Shown here in pieces: positions 18,059-27,549 of a stretch of 30,390 nt of DNA. The stretch lies in the NCBI GenBank assembly GCA_964391875.1, contig CAYMNT010000001.1, positions 1 through 30,390 on the forward strand, given 5' to 3'. Source of the stretch: an uncultured Bdellovibrionales bacterium. Its GTDB lineage: Bacteria; Patescibacteriota; Minisyncoccia; Moranbacterales; DUUL01. The notes under the pieces were generated by a model that was given only the letters and a program-made list of their open reading frames with translations, had not been told where the DNA came from and did not search any database. Numbering within the stretch: position 1 is the first letter of the stretch; the number at the start of each line of letters is the position of its first letter. Both the position numbers and the translations under genes were made by a program.

Positions 18059-18532
18059 TTATTCATTTTTATTTAGCCTGTCCTTTAAGCTACTTTCCAC
18101 CATTTTCCTTACTTCATTCCCATCCACTTCCCCTTTTAATTCTCCCATAACTTTTCCCATTATTTGTCCTATGGCTGACATATTTTTCACCGCAAAATCA
18201 TCAATCACCTTATTGACCACTTTTCTGATTGTTTCCTCGCTCATTTGACGCGGTAAGTATTTTTCCAATACTTTAATTTCCGCCTCTTCTTTTTTAACCA
18301 ACTCACTTCTACCTCCTTGTTTGAATTGCTCCACCGAATCTTTTCGTTGTTTAATCATCTTTCTAATTATTGCCATTACTTCTTCATCTTTCAAACCTCC
18401 TTCTCTTTTCTTAAGTTCAATTTCTTGATTTTTTATTTCAGCCTTTAAAATTGAAAGCGTGCCCTTAGCGGGTTCTTTTTTATCTTTAAAAGCTTGCTTA
18501 AAATCAATCATAATTTGTTCTGTGAGCTTCAT
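18059..18532 (-). CDS. yqeY: GatB/YqeY domain protein
   Basis: KQRKDSVEQFKQGGRSELVKKEEAEIKVLEKYLP, MGKVMGELKG; follows rpsU. Confidence 0.93.
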   Translation of the reverse strand: MKLTEQIMIDFKQAFKDKKEPAKGTLSILKAEIKNQEIELKKREGGLKDEEVMAIIRKMIKQRKDSVEQFKQGGRSELVKKEEAEIKVLEKYLPRQMSEETIRKVVNKVIDDFAVKNMSAIGQIMGKVMGELKGEVDGNEVRKMVESSLKDRLNKNE

Positions 18533-18624
18533 ATCTTTTAATAAAATTAATTAAAAAATCTGCTTCATAGCCAGTCCCCGTATGCAATCATTTCATTTGC
18601 CTTATTTTTATTAATTGCTGGTTG

Positions 18625-18879
18625 TTATTCTTTAATTTTACGCTTCAAATCTTTCATTTTGTCCTCTTCAAAAATTCCCATTCTTTTTAACTTATCCACT
18701 TCTACCTTCATTTTTGCTCGATATTTTGCATCTTCGTGCAATTTGCGCTTACTTTTTTTCTTATTAAAGAATCTTCTCTTTCGCGCCATAGGCAAAACTC
18801 CGCTTTGTTGAACACTTCTAACAAACCTTCGAAATACACCTTCCGACGTTTCTTTATCTTTCTGTTTTACTTCTACCAT
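18625..18879 (-). CDS. rpsU: 30S ribosomal protein bS21
   Basis: MVEVKQKDKETSEGVFRRFVRSVQQSGVL...RKRRFF; SD AAAGGTGG; upstream of yqeY. Confidence 0.85.
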   Translation of the reverse strand: MVEVKQKDKETSEGVFRRFVRSVQQSGVLPMARKRRFFNKKKSKRKLHEDAKYRAKMKVEVDKLKRMGIFEEDKMKDLKRKIKE

Positions 18880-18915
18880 AATAGTACCACCTTTCTAGAA
18901 ATTATTATTTAAAAA

Positions 18916-19287
18916 CTAATTTGTCTCAATTTCCCTTGGAGCAATATTTTCACTTAGTTCGGCTCCGCCAATTAAATGCAAATGAATATGTTTAATCTCT
19001 TGTCCACCATGACGACCAACCCTAAAAAGCAATTTATATCCTTGTTGAGCTATACCTTTTTTTTGCGCCAACTTCTTAGCCACATTAATTAAATGTCCAA
19101 TCAATTCATCTCCTTTAACTCCATCCGGTAAATCATTGATACTGGCTATATGTTTTTTGGGAATAATCAATAAATGAACAGGAGCCAAAGGTTTTAAGTC
19201 CGGAAAAGCCACCACTAATTCATCTTCATATTCAAATTTTGCTTTAATTTCTTTCTTAATAATCTTACAGAAAATACACTCTTCCAT
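18916..19287 (-). CDS. HIT-family (HinT-like) nucleotide-binding protein
   Basis: CIFCKI, HLLIIPKKH and the histidine triad HIHLH. Confidence 0.93.
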   Translation of the reverse strand: MEECIFCKIIKKEIKAKFEYEDELVVAFPDLKPLAPVHLLIIPKKHIASINDLPDGVKGDELIGHLINVAKKLAQKKGIAQQGYKLLFRVGRHGGQEIKHIHLHLIGGAELSENIAPREIETN

Positions 19288-19293
19288 ATTAAT

Positions 19294-20706
19294 TTATTTA
19301 AAATATTTTTTCTTAATTAATCGTTTAACCCGTTTCTTTATTTCCGGAATAGCTTTCTCAAAAGGCAACACTTCCTGCGATCCACTGGTCATATCTTTCA
19401 AAATAATTGTTTCATCTAAGGCTTCTCGCTGACCAATAATGAGCACTAAAGGGGTTTTCATTTTATCCGCTTGCCTTAATTGACCTTTTAATCCTCCCTT
19501 TCCAAAACTTTCCGCCACCATTACTCCCGAACGCTCCAATTCATCAAATATTTTAAGACTTTTCCTTTTCGCCAAATCACCCAATTGAGCCAGATAAACC
19601 TTGGGTCGTGGCGGTTGGTAACCTGAATTTTTTTGTTCTTTTATTCTATTTACCAGCCTATCCATTCCAACGGCAAAACCCACAGCCGGTGTATCCGGCC
19701 CCTTAAGAATTTTAGCCAAGTGATCATAGCGCCCTCCTCCTCCTAAGGCGACTTGGGAACCATCATCATCCTCATCTTCTCCCTTGGCCCAAAATTCAAA
19801 AACCGTTTTAGTGTAATAATCCAACCCTCTCACTAAAGATGGATTAAGTTGATAAACAACTTCTATCTCATCCAAACATTCTAATAATTGAGTGAAATGA
19901 TCTTTACAATCTTTACAAAGATGGTCAATTGTTTGTGGCGCCTGACGAACCACCCGACGACATTTTTCTTCTTTACAATCCAAAACTCGCAATGGATTCT
20001 TCGTCAATCTCTTTTTGCAATCCATGCACAAACTTCTTCTTCGGTTTTTTAAATAATTAATTAATAATTTGGTATAATTGGGACGACATTCTTTACAGCC
20101 AATACTGTTAATCTGTAAAGTAACATTTTTAATTTTTAATAAATGAAAAATTCTTAAAGCCAATTGAATTAATTGTGCATCTAAAATTGGGTCTTGCTCT
20201 CCAATCGCTTCAAAACCAAATTGAGAAAACTCTCTCCAACGATCCTTTTGAGGACGATCATAACGATACATTTTACCGATGTAAAAAAGTTTTACCGGCT
20301 TGGGATAAGATTGCATACCATCTTGCAAATAAGCCCTCATCACCGACGGAGTTCCTTCCGGACGAAGCGCTACCAAATCTCTTCCTTTGGTTTTAAATTT
20401 AAACATTTCTTTTTCCAGAATATCCGTACTCATCCCAGTAGTTCTTTCAAAAAGTTCGTGAAATTCAACTACGGGAAAATCAATTCTTCCATAATCATAA
20501 TCAGTAGCCACCTTATCCACTACTCGACGTACTCGTTGCCAATAAGGTTGTTCACTCGGCAAAATATCGCGCATTCCACGCACCGTTTTTATTTGACGAG
20601 CAGTTCTTCTTGGTTTCCTGGTTGTTTTAGCGGTTTTAGCGCTTGCTTTTCGTTGACCTCTTTTGATTGTTTTCCTTTTTTTCCGAATACTTTTTTTTCT
20701 GGGCAT
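19294..20706 (-). CDS. hisS: Histidine--tRNA ligase with a basic N-terminal extension
   Basis: RGMRDILP, LRPEGT, YRYDRPQ..R.REFSQ, RGLDYYT and GGGRYD. Confidence 0.98.
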   Translation of the reverse strand: MPRKKSIRKKRKTIKRGQRKASAKTAKTTRKPRRTARQIKTVRGMRDILPSEQPYWQRVRRVVDKVATDYDYGRIDFPVVEFHELFERTTGMSTDILEKEMFKFKTKGRDLVALRPEGTPSVMRAYLQDGMQSYPKPVKLFYIGKMYRYDRPQKDRWREFSQFGFEAIGEQDPILDAQLIQLALRIFHLLKIKNVTLQINSIGCKECRPNYTKLLINYLKNRRRSLCMDCKKRLTKNPLRVLDCKEEKCRRVVRQAPQTIDHLCKDCKDHFTQLLECLDEIEVVYQLNPSLVRGLDYYTKTVFEFWAKGEDEDDDGSQVALGGGGRYDHLAKILKGPDTPAVGFAVGMDRLVNRIKEQKNSGYQPPRPKVYLAQLGDLAKRKSLKIFDELERSGVMVAESFGKGGLKGQLRQADKMKTPLVLIIGQREALDETIILKDMTSGSQEVLPFEKAIPEIKKRVKRLIKKKYFK

Positions 20707-20755
20707 AAAATTGGTTATTAATCAACAATTATAATTAACTTATAAAGTACCTTTA

Positions 20756-21400
20756 TTAAAAAATTTTAGCTTCTGATATCGGCCAAGCACGTAACAAAAC
20801 TTTCCCCACAATAAACTTTCCTTTTAATTTACCCCAACTACGAGAATCACTGCTATGCATTCTGTTATCACCTAAAACCACAAATTCATCCTTCTTCAAG
20901 TTAAATTTAATGGCTCCTAACGTTTTATTTTCTTTTGGCAAATAACGACCTTCTTCTAAATTAAATCCGGTGGGATAATCATTATTATAAATTCTTATTT
21001 TTTCGTTTTTAATTTCTACAGTTTCTCCCGGCAAACCAACAATTCTTTTAATAAAATATTGTCTAGGGTCTAAAGGATAATGAAAAACCACCACATCCCC
21101 TCTTTTAAATTTTTTAAAACGCTTAACTGACATTATCTCCTTATTGGAAGCCATTACTTTGCTTTTATATCCCAATTCATTAATAATTAAATATTCTCCG
21201 TCATGAAAATTAGGTTCCATAGAGCTTCCATCAATAAAAAAAGGCTGGAAAATGAAAATCCTTATCGGCATAATGATTAAAAGTGAAATAAAAAACACCT
21301 TAATCAATTCAAAAAATAAATTTTGCTTCTCTTCTTGTTGATAAGTGTTTTTATTGTTTAATTTCAACTCTTCCTTGTTTTTCTTGCCTATACTAAACAT
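20756..21400 (-). CDS. lepB: Signal peptidase I (S26A)
   Basis: GSSMEP (Ser), IKRIVGLPGE (Lys) and GDNRMHSSDSR. Start moved to the ATG at 21400 because the ORF-track TTG at 21460 coincides with a consensus -35 box. Confidence 0.95.
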   Translation of the reverse strand: MFSIGKKNKEELKLNNKNTYQQEEKQNLFFELIKVFFISLLIIMPIRIFIFQPFFIDGSSMEPNFHDGEYLIINELGYKSKVMASNKEIMSVKRFKKFKRGDVVVFHYPLDPRQYFIKRIVGLPGETVEIKNEKIRIYNNDYPTGFNLEEGRYLPKENKTLGAIKFNLKKDEFVVLGDNRMHSSDSRSWGKLKGKFIVGKVLLRAWPISEAKIF

Positions 21401-21431
21401 TTTTATTGATTTAATTGAAAAAACCAAGCTA

Positions 21432-21460
21432 ATTTTAACAACAAAATAGCCTTTTGTCAA
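21432..21460 (-). promoter_or_regulatory. Putative sigma70 promoter for lepB (and possibly hisS onward)
   Basis: TTGACA-N17-TAAAAT with an extended TG. Confidence 0.7.
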
Positions 21461-21664
21461 TCTAGCTTATTAATTAGTGATTCACCTCTTTATTTTTTTA
21501 ATCTCCTGCTTTATTTTAATTAATTGAGTGAAGCTATATCATTAAAGATTTATTTTTATTCTCTTAGGGAAGATTTTATTTTACTCAATTAAATGCAATC
21601 AACCATTCCCCCGGAAACTCTTCCTTAAAATAAAAATAAATTTTTATTTTAAACTATTTTATTA

Positions 21665-22753
21665 TTATAAATCCAAAACTTTAACTAATTGTCTGATAAA
21701 TGAAACCACCACCGGATGAGGCATTAAACTGTGCACTTTAACCCCCTCATCATCCTCTATAATCCAAGGTTTTTCCAATGTTTTTATTTCACCGGTTTTA
21801 TTGTCTTTTTCATAATAAAACTCCGGGGTAATTTCATAATCATCCGCCAACTCATCCGCTTGATCAACCGGAATAGCGTTACGCAAAAGAATTTTTGGCA
21901 CTCCTTGTAAACTAAAAACCTTATTGATTATTTCATCATCTCCTTGCAATCTATCCCTAATTGATTCAATCCCGGCATCATCTCCTTCTTTTTTTATCAT
22001 CCGTGATCCGGGTTTCTCGCACTCAGTATTATCACACTTTAAGTAAAACTCATTTTTTTCATCATCAAAACCAACTCCCTTAGTCGTAAATAATTTTAAA
22101 TTACGCGGAGATTGACAACTGGGACAAACTACCCGCGATTTCATTCTGGCATCAATTACCGATTCCGGAATATCAATCGTAGCAAAAAAATCTGGGTCTT
22201 TTCTGTAATCAATCAATTCTTTAAAAAAAAGAGCGTAAGAAATTTGATTTAATGTTCGAGGAAAACCATCGATAAAAAGCGAGGTCCGTTCATATTTATC
22301 AATTTCTCTTTTGATCAAAGCCATCATTAATTCATTGGGCACAGACACTTTATCCTGGCTCCTTCCCAGAATAGCCTCAATACCTTCATTAACTGTTATA
22401 TATCCTCGATAATTCTTTTCCAAATATTGTTCAATTTCATCTCGCCCTTCTTTTGTTTCAAGTTCCTGATGAACTGCTCGTACTATATCTCCCACGGAAA
22501 TATGTCGAATATATTTTTGTCCAAAAATTTCTGCCAACAATTTGGTATAGGTTCCTTTACCGGCATTTTTTTTTCCTAACAGATAAACAATAAAGGTTTT
22601 CCCTTGTTTAAAAAAATCTTTAAGTTTAGCTATTTCTTCTCCCACTTTAGCTTCAAAATATTCTCTTCGCTGTGCCAAATTGGCTAAATCAAACTTTTTA
22701 TCCACCCCTTTTACTTTGGTTGAAATTAAAGGAAATTCTTTTTCAAACTTCAT
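21665..22753 (-). CDS. adk: Adenylate-kinase-like nucleoside monophosphate kinase (long, atypical)
   Basis: P-loop GKKNAGKGT, ISVGDIVR, IDGFPRT and a Cys4 LID (CPSC...CDNTEC). Likely start MKFEKEF at 22753. Confidence 0.75.
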   Translation of the reverse strand: MKFEKEFPLISTKVKGVDKKFDLANLAQRREYFEAKVGEEIAKLKDFFKQGKTFIVYLLGKKNAGKGTYTKLLAEIFGQKYIRHISVGDIVRAVHQELETKEGRDEIEQYLEKNYRGYITVNEGIEAILGRSQDKVSVPNELMMALIKREIDKYERTSLFIDGFPRTLNQISYALFFKELIDYRKDPDFFATIDIPESVIDARMKSRVVCPSCQSPRNLKLFTTKGVGFDDEKNEFYLKCDNTECEKPGSRMIKKEGDDAGIESIRDRLQGDDEIINKVFSLQGVPKILLRNAIPVDQADELADDYEITPEFYYEKDNKTGEIKTLEKPWIIEDDEGVKVHSLMPHPVVVSFIRQLVKVLDL

Positions 22754-22819
22754 AATATTGATATGGCTGTCATTATTTTTATAAAAAATAACTCCCACCA
22801 ATAATTTAAATAATTAAAC

Positions 22820-22835
22820 AACTCCTTACGGAGTT
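22820..22835. terminator. Hairpin terminator between the SpoU gene and adk
   Basis: aactcc-ttac-ggagtt (GTAA tetraloop on the minus strand), with a T7 tract on the plus strand. Confidence 0.55.
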
Positions 22836-22914
22836 TTTTTAAACACGACTGTTTCTAAATTCTAACAAATAAAATTAATTCGGACAAGTTAATTCTATTT
22901 GCTCACTTATTTTT

Positions 22915-23406
22915 TTATTTTTTTATAATTTCATATCCAGCCACTCCTAAAGCCACCGTTACATTCAATGATTTTTTCTTTCCCTTCATGGGAATTTCAA
23001 TTATTTCATCACATTTTTTCAAAATGCGTTTATCAATTCCTCGTGGCTCATTCCCCACCAATAACGCCAGTGGAAATTTTGATTTAAATTTTTTATAATC
23101 AATACTTTTATCATCTTGTTCTAAAGCTATAATTTTTACCCGCTGTTTTTTTAATTTTTTAATCAACACTGAAATATTTTGATATTTTTCCCATTTAACA
23201 TATTTATCTGCCCCCAAGGCGGTCTTGGATAACATTTTTTCCGCTTTAGTCTGAAATAAATATTCTTTAGCTGATGGTGTCGGAGTAAAACCGGTTAAAA
23301 ATATTTTATCTACTCCCAAACCATCAGCTGTCCGAAACATTGCTCCCACATTATAGGCGCTTCTAATTCGATGTAAAATTAAATAAAATTTATTTTTCCT
23401 TTCCAT
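22915..23406 (-). CDS. TrmH/SpoU-family RNA 2'-O-methyltransferase
   Basis: IRSAYNVGAMFRTAD, VGNEPRGI and IPMKGKKKSLNV. Confidence 0.93.
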   Translation of the reverse strand: MERKNKFYLILHRIRSAYNVGAMFRTADGLGVDKIFLTGFTPTPSAKEYLFQTKAEKMLSKTALGADKYVKWEKYQNISVLIKKLKKQRVKIIALEQDDKSIDYKKFKSKFPLALLVGNEPRGIDKRILKKCDEIIEIPMKGKKKSLNVTVALGVAGYEIIKK

Positions 23407-23483
23407 TACTTAATAATTCATATTTTTTATCTTCCTTGATAAATCTCAACAATTAAGCCATCTTATTTTATTGATTTTTATTT

Positions 23484-24863
23484 TTACTTCTCTTTCTTAA
23501 TTCTCTCTTCTATTATTTTTTTAATTTTTTTCCAACCATCAAACAAATATCTCCCGGGATTATTAGGCAAGTCATCATTTTCTTTTTTCAGTTCTTCATA
23601 CCATTTCATAATAGATAATTTTTTATCTTTTTTGGCATATTCTTTTATTAGCACTTTTAGAAACTCTTCCTTCCCCATATTTTTTTTACCGGTAATAAAT
23701 TCTCGAAAATCACTATATTTACCCGATATATTTGGCCGTTTAGGCCATTCATTATTAATATCATAGCGTTTTTTTAATATTGAATATATGGCCTTAAATG
23801 ATTTTGGCATCTCGCCCCCCTCCTCTTTCATTTTTTTATATCCTTCTCTCACCTTTTCTGTCAGTCCCTCAAATGTTATTTTTTCTCTACCGGTAATGAT
23901 TTTTCGCCAGATATTTTTTCCTTTTTTCGGCCAGTGTCCTCGCCTTCTTAAAAATAAATCCAGTCCAATTGGCCACCGAGTTTTTAAATTATATTTTTTT
24001 ATAGTATTTGCATACCATTCTGAAAAATTTTTTATTTTCACTCCTTGTTCTATTTCATGATAATAATATTGCCTTATCTCTCGAATTAAATCATCCGGTG
24101 ATAAAGTAAACTCTCTGCTTTTTTTCAATTCACCTTCCATCACTAACTCTTCATCGCTTATTTCTTTTATGGGAATTTCTTCTGTTAAATACTTCTTCAT
24201 TCTTTCTCGCCAAGTAGCTGATTGTGCCATTGTTATTCCAACCCCGGGCTTATCTTTTATCATTTCTCTCCTCTCACTTTTACTCATCCCATCTAATTTT
24301 TCCAATTCATTTTCTACTTTTTCTAGAGAAAAAATAAAAGTAATGTTATTCTCTTCATTACAAACATAGATTACTCTATCTAACTCAGGAATGATTAATC
24401 TATAATAAGGAGTCTTTCTGGCCATTTTTTCGGTTACTTTTCCTTTTTCTATTTCTACTGCCTCTCCATCATCAATTTTTAATTTAAAATCATTATTTAA
24501 AATATAAACCAAAGTTAATAACCGTGGAAAATATTTTATTTCTTTTCTTTCCTTGTTTTTTCCCCTTCCAGATTCTATTTTTTTAAAATCAGGTTTCACA
24601 AATACCTTATTTACTTTTTTAATTACTTTATCTTCCTCTAACATCTCAGCCAATGTTTCAATTTGTTGTTGTTTTTTTTCAATTCTATCTATAATTTTAT
24701 TTACTTCACCTAAATTTAATCTATCTAGAATATAATCTTCTTTAATAGTTTGAGTTAGTTCTTTTTGCGGTGAATCCTCTTCTCTTAAAAATTTTAAATC
24801 TTCTTCAAAAAGTTTCTCCCCCTTTTTCACTAAATCATCTAATATTTCTCCCATCTCAGTCAT
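23484..24863 (-). CDS. Hypothetical protein with three C-terminal ~65-aa helical repeats; probably the 3' part of a frameshifted gene starting at 25047
   Basis: 459-aa ORF whose frame stays open upstream to about 24935; repeats carry Y...W/LP..P...W/F..I motifs. Confidence 0.7.
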   Translation of the reverse strand: MTEMGEILDDLVKKGEKLFEEDLKFLREEDSPQKELTQTIKEDYILDRLNLGEVNKIIDRIEKKQQQIETLAEMLEEDKVIKKVNKVFVKPDFKKIESGRGKNKERKEIKYFPRLLTLVYILNNDFKLKIDDGEAVEIEKGKVTEKMARKTPYYRLIIPELDRVIYVCNEENNITFIFSLEKVENELEKLDGMSKSERREMIKDKPGVGITMAQSATWRERMKKYLTEEIPIKEISDEELVMEGELKKSREFTLSPDDLIREIRQYYYHEIEQGVKIKNFSEWYANTIKKYNLKTRWPIGLDLFLRRRGHWPKKGKNIWRKIITGREKITFEGLTEKVREGYKKMKEEGGEMPKSFKAIYSILKKRYDINNEWPKRPNISGKYSDFREFITGKKNMGKEEFLKVLIKEYAKKDKKLSIMKWYEELKKENDDLPNNPGRYLFDGWKKIKKIIEERIKKEK

Positions 24864-24921
24864 CGCCTCATCACCAAAGTCATTGATGTTTTCTACTGTT
24901 AAAGGTTTATTTAAAACCGAC

Positions 24922-25047
24922 TTAATCTGTTTTTTTTACTTCCTTTTTTAAATTTTCTACGGCCTGACTTTGATTATTTTGAGGCTGGTTTAACCCTCCT
25001 CTTTTTATTGAATGCTCATTTAATCCATTATTTATTTCTCCCATCAT
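24922..25047 (-). pseudogene. 41-aa N-terminal fragment that fuses to 23484-24863 if the A8 run at 24930-24937 is A7
   Basis: My translation is MMGEINNGLNEHSIKRGGLNQPQNNQSQAVENLKKEVKKTD*. TATAAT boxes lie at 25052-25057 and 25074-25079. Confidence 0.55.
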
Positions 25048-25122
25048 TTTAATTATAAAATTTAATTACTTCCATTATAAACCACTATTCTTAACTTGAA
25101 CAGATTGACTATAAATAAATTA

Positions 25123-25980
25123 TTATTCATAAAGACACTTTTGATTCTCTCGACAACTAACTCTTATCGTCCCTTGCTGATCCGTTCTAAGAATTTTTGT
25201 TTTGATTTTTTTTAATCTCATTAAAACTTCTTCGGTAGGATGTCCATAACGATTTTCTTTACCAACGGAGATAATCGCATACCGAGGAGTCACTCTTTTT
25301 AGAAATTCAGCTGAACTGGAACTTTTTGAACCATGATGACCCACCTTCAACCAATCCGCTTTTAAGTTAAAGCCTTTTTTTATCATCATTCTTTCCGCTG
25401 GCTTCTCCGCATCTCCGGTAAATAAAAAGGAATTATTTTGATAATCCATCCTTAAAACCACTGATTGATCATTACGCTCACGACCGGCAGGAATTATTTT
25501 TAAGGGATTAAAACTTTTTAGTTTTAATTTATTATCAATTTCAATTTCACTTCCCGCTAAAATAATTTTTCTTTCTATTTGTTGATTGACAATTAATTGT
25601 TGAATGACAGCCAAAGCTTTTTGATCAGAAATTTGACCATTATCTAAAAAAAGTTTTACTTGATAATTGTTTAATGCTCCGATTAAACCGGTGGCATGAT
25701 CCAGGTCGGGATGAGTCAAAATTACCAATTCAATTGTCTTATCACCCAAAGGCATAGCCCTGTCTAATTGTTGCACCAATTTATCGGGACTGGGACCACC
25801 ATCAATTAAAATTTGATATTGTCGTTGATAACTGATTAAAATCGCATCTCCTTGTCCAATATCTAAAAAAAATACTTCCAATTCCGCCCGTTTACTGTCT
25901 TGCCAAATCAAAAATTCATTGCTAAGAAACCAAAGCAAGAGCATCAATACCAAATAAAATAATTTTTTTTGACTAATCAT
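25123..25980 (-). CDS. comEC: ComEC/Rec2 metallo-beta-lactamase-fold domain protein (stand-alone)
   Basis: FLDIGQGDAILI, LIDGG, THPDLDH, FTGDAE, KVGHHGS and NRYGHP, with its own N-terminal TM helix. Confidence 0.9.
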   Translation of the reverse strand: MISQKKLFYLVLMLLLWFLSNEFLIWQDSKRAELEVFFLDIGQGDAILISYQRQYQILIDGGPSPDKLVQQLDRAMPLGDKTIELVILTHPDLDHATGLIGALNNYQVKLFLDNGQISDQKALAVIQQLIVNQQIERKIILAGSEIEIDNKLKLKSFNPLKIIPAGRERNDQSVVLRMDYQNNSFLFTGDAEKPAERMMIKKGFNLKADWLKVGHHGSKSSSSAEFLKRVTPRYAIISVGKENRYGHPTEEVLMRLKKIKTKILRTDQQGTIRVSCRENQKCLYE

Positions 25981-27543
25981 TTAATTATCATTAGCTACTT
26001 TTTTCTTGCTTATTTTTTTAAATATTTCTTGGTTACGTAACCATAACACTACTCCGGTAAATAAACTATAATAAATTAATAAGTGAATTTTAGAAAAATT
26101 TTTCACCGGCCAACTACTCAAAGGGGTATGTGCTAACCATTCAATTATTTTTAATTCTCCCCGTAGCATTAAATCAACCGGCAAAGCCAAACTTTCCGCT
26201 AAAAAAGGAACGATGAATCCCATAAGCATCACTATTAACCCTCCTAACATAATGAGCGGAATTAAAGGCAAGATAAGTAAATTCGCTAAAAAGGAAATGG
26301 GAGAAAAACTCTCAAAAGAATAAAGTAACAATCCCAATACTCCGATTTGAGCGGAAAGTGTTACTAAAAATATAGATTTTAATTCCAAGAAATCATTTTC
26401 TATTTTCCAATGCTCCGCCAGTGGGGTGTAAAATAAGATAATCCCCAAGGTAGCCAAAAAAGAAAGTTGAAAGCCGGCATCGTAAAATAAAATTAACGGC
26501 TGAAAAGCCACCATGATACCAGCCACCAAAACCAATGTTCTAAAAGCATCGGATAATCTTCCTCGTTTAGTGGCCCAAAGTAATAATCCACCCATAATCG
26601 CCGCTCGCACCGCCGAAGCCGGCCAACCAATTATTAAAATAAAAAAAATAATTCCCCCCAAAGCCAAATAAAAAGCTTGCCCTCGCCAAAGACCAAACCA
26701 TATTCCCAACAGCATTAATCCCTGAGCTAAAATAGTGATATTGTAACCACTGACCGCTACTGTGTGCGTTGTACCCGTTAAACGAAAATTTTGCGCCACC
26801 TCTTCCGGTAAACGATTATCTCCTCCTAAAAGTAAACCGGCCAAATAAGCACTTTGAGGAAAATAAAAAAATTGATTAATCTTATCCTCCAAGCTTTTCT
26901 TAGTCAAAAAAATCATTTTCCAAAATTTTTCTTTCACTGATATATTGTTTGGAATGGAAGTGCTAGTTATTACTTGCTCTATTTTTGGATGTTGGCAAAT
27001 TTGATAAAGATTATCTTTAGCTAAAAATTTTTGATAATTAAATTTTTTATGTCGATTGATTGGTTTTTTTAAATAACAAAAAATCTTCAATTTATTTCCG
27101 TAATGATAAGGTAAACCATTCGGTAAAAAAATTAAGGCTTTCCGTTTTATTTTAGAAGATGTTTTTTTCTTATTTTTATCCAGCGAGATTGGTTTAACTT
27201 TTAATTGTTGATAGTTATGTTTAATCTCCGGATCATTAATAATTTTAACCCAACCGTAAAAATTACCTTGATAAATATTTTTTAATTGATTTAATTTATC
27301 TCCCGTTCTTATTATTCCTCCCATAAAAAATAAGACTACTAAAAAAATTGCTATTAAATTTTTACGCGGAAAAATAAAAATAAATACTAAAATTAACCAC
27401 CCTCCCACTTTCAACCATTCTTTTAAGCTAATTTTAAGGCTTAAATTATTTATCAAAGCTAAAGCCACTCCCAATAAGAAACTTATCACACACCAAAAAA
27501 GTACTCGCCCCCACAACGGATCAAGCTTTTTTGGTTTGACCAT
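25981..27543 (-). CDS. comEC: ComEC/Rec2 competence membrane channel (OB/DUF4131-like plus Competence domain)
   Basis: GLLLGG, FRLTGTTHTVAVSGYN, SAVRAAIM, GFQLSFLAT and NLLILP; many TM helices. Confidence 0.92.
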   Translation of the reverse strand: MVKPKKLDPLWGRVLFWCVISFLLGVALALINNLSLKISLKEWLKVGGWLILVFIFIFPRKNLIAIFLVVLFFMGGIIRTGDKLNQLKNIYQGNFYGWVKIINDPEIKHNYQQLKVKPISLDKNKKKTSSKIKRKALIFLPNGLPYHYGNKLKIFCYLKKPINRHKKFNYQKFLAKDNLYQICQHPKIEQVITSTSIPNNISVKEKFWKMIFLTKKSLEDKINQFFYFPQSAYLAGLLLGGDNRLPEEVAQNFRLTGTTHTVAVSGYNITILAQGLMLLGIWFGLWRGQAFYLALGGIIFFILIIGWPASAVRAAIMGGLLLWATKRGRLSDAFRTLVLVAGIMVAFQPLILFYDAGFQLSFLATLGIILFYTPLAEHWKIENDFLELKSIFLVTLSAQIGVLGLLLYSFESFSPISFLANLLILPLIPLIMLGGLIVMLMGFIVPFLAESLALPVDLMLRGELKIIEWLAHTPLSSWPVKNFSKIHLLIYYSLFTGVVLWLRNQEIFKKISKKKVANDN

Positions 27544-27549
27544 AATAAT

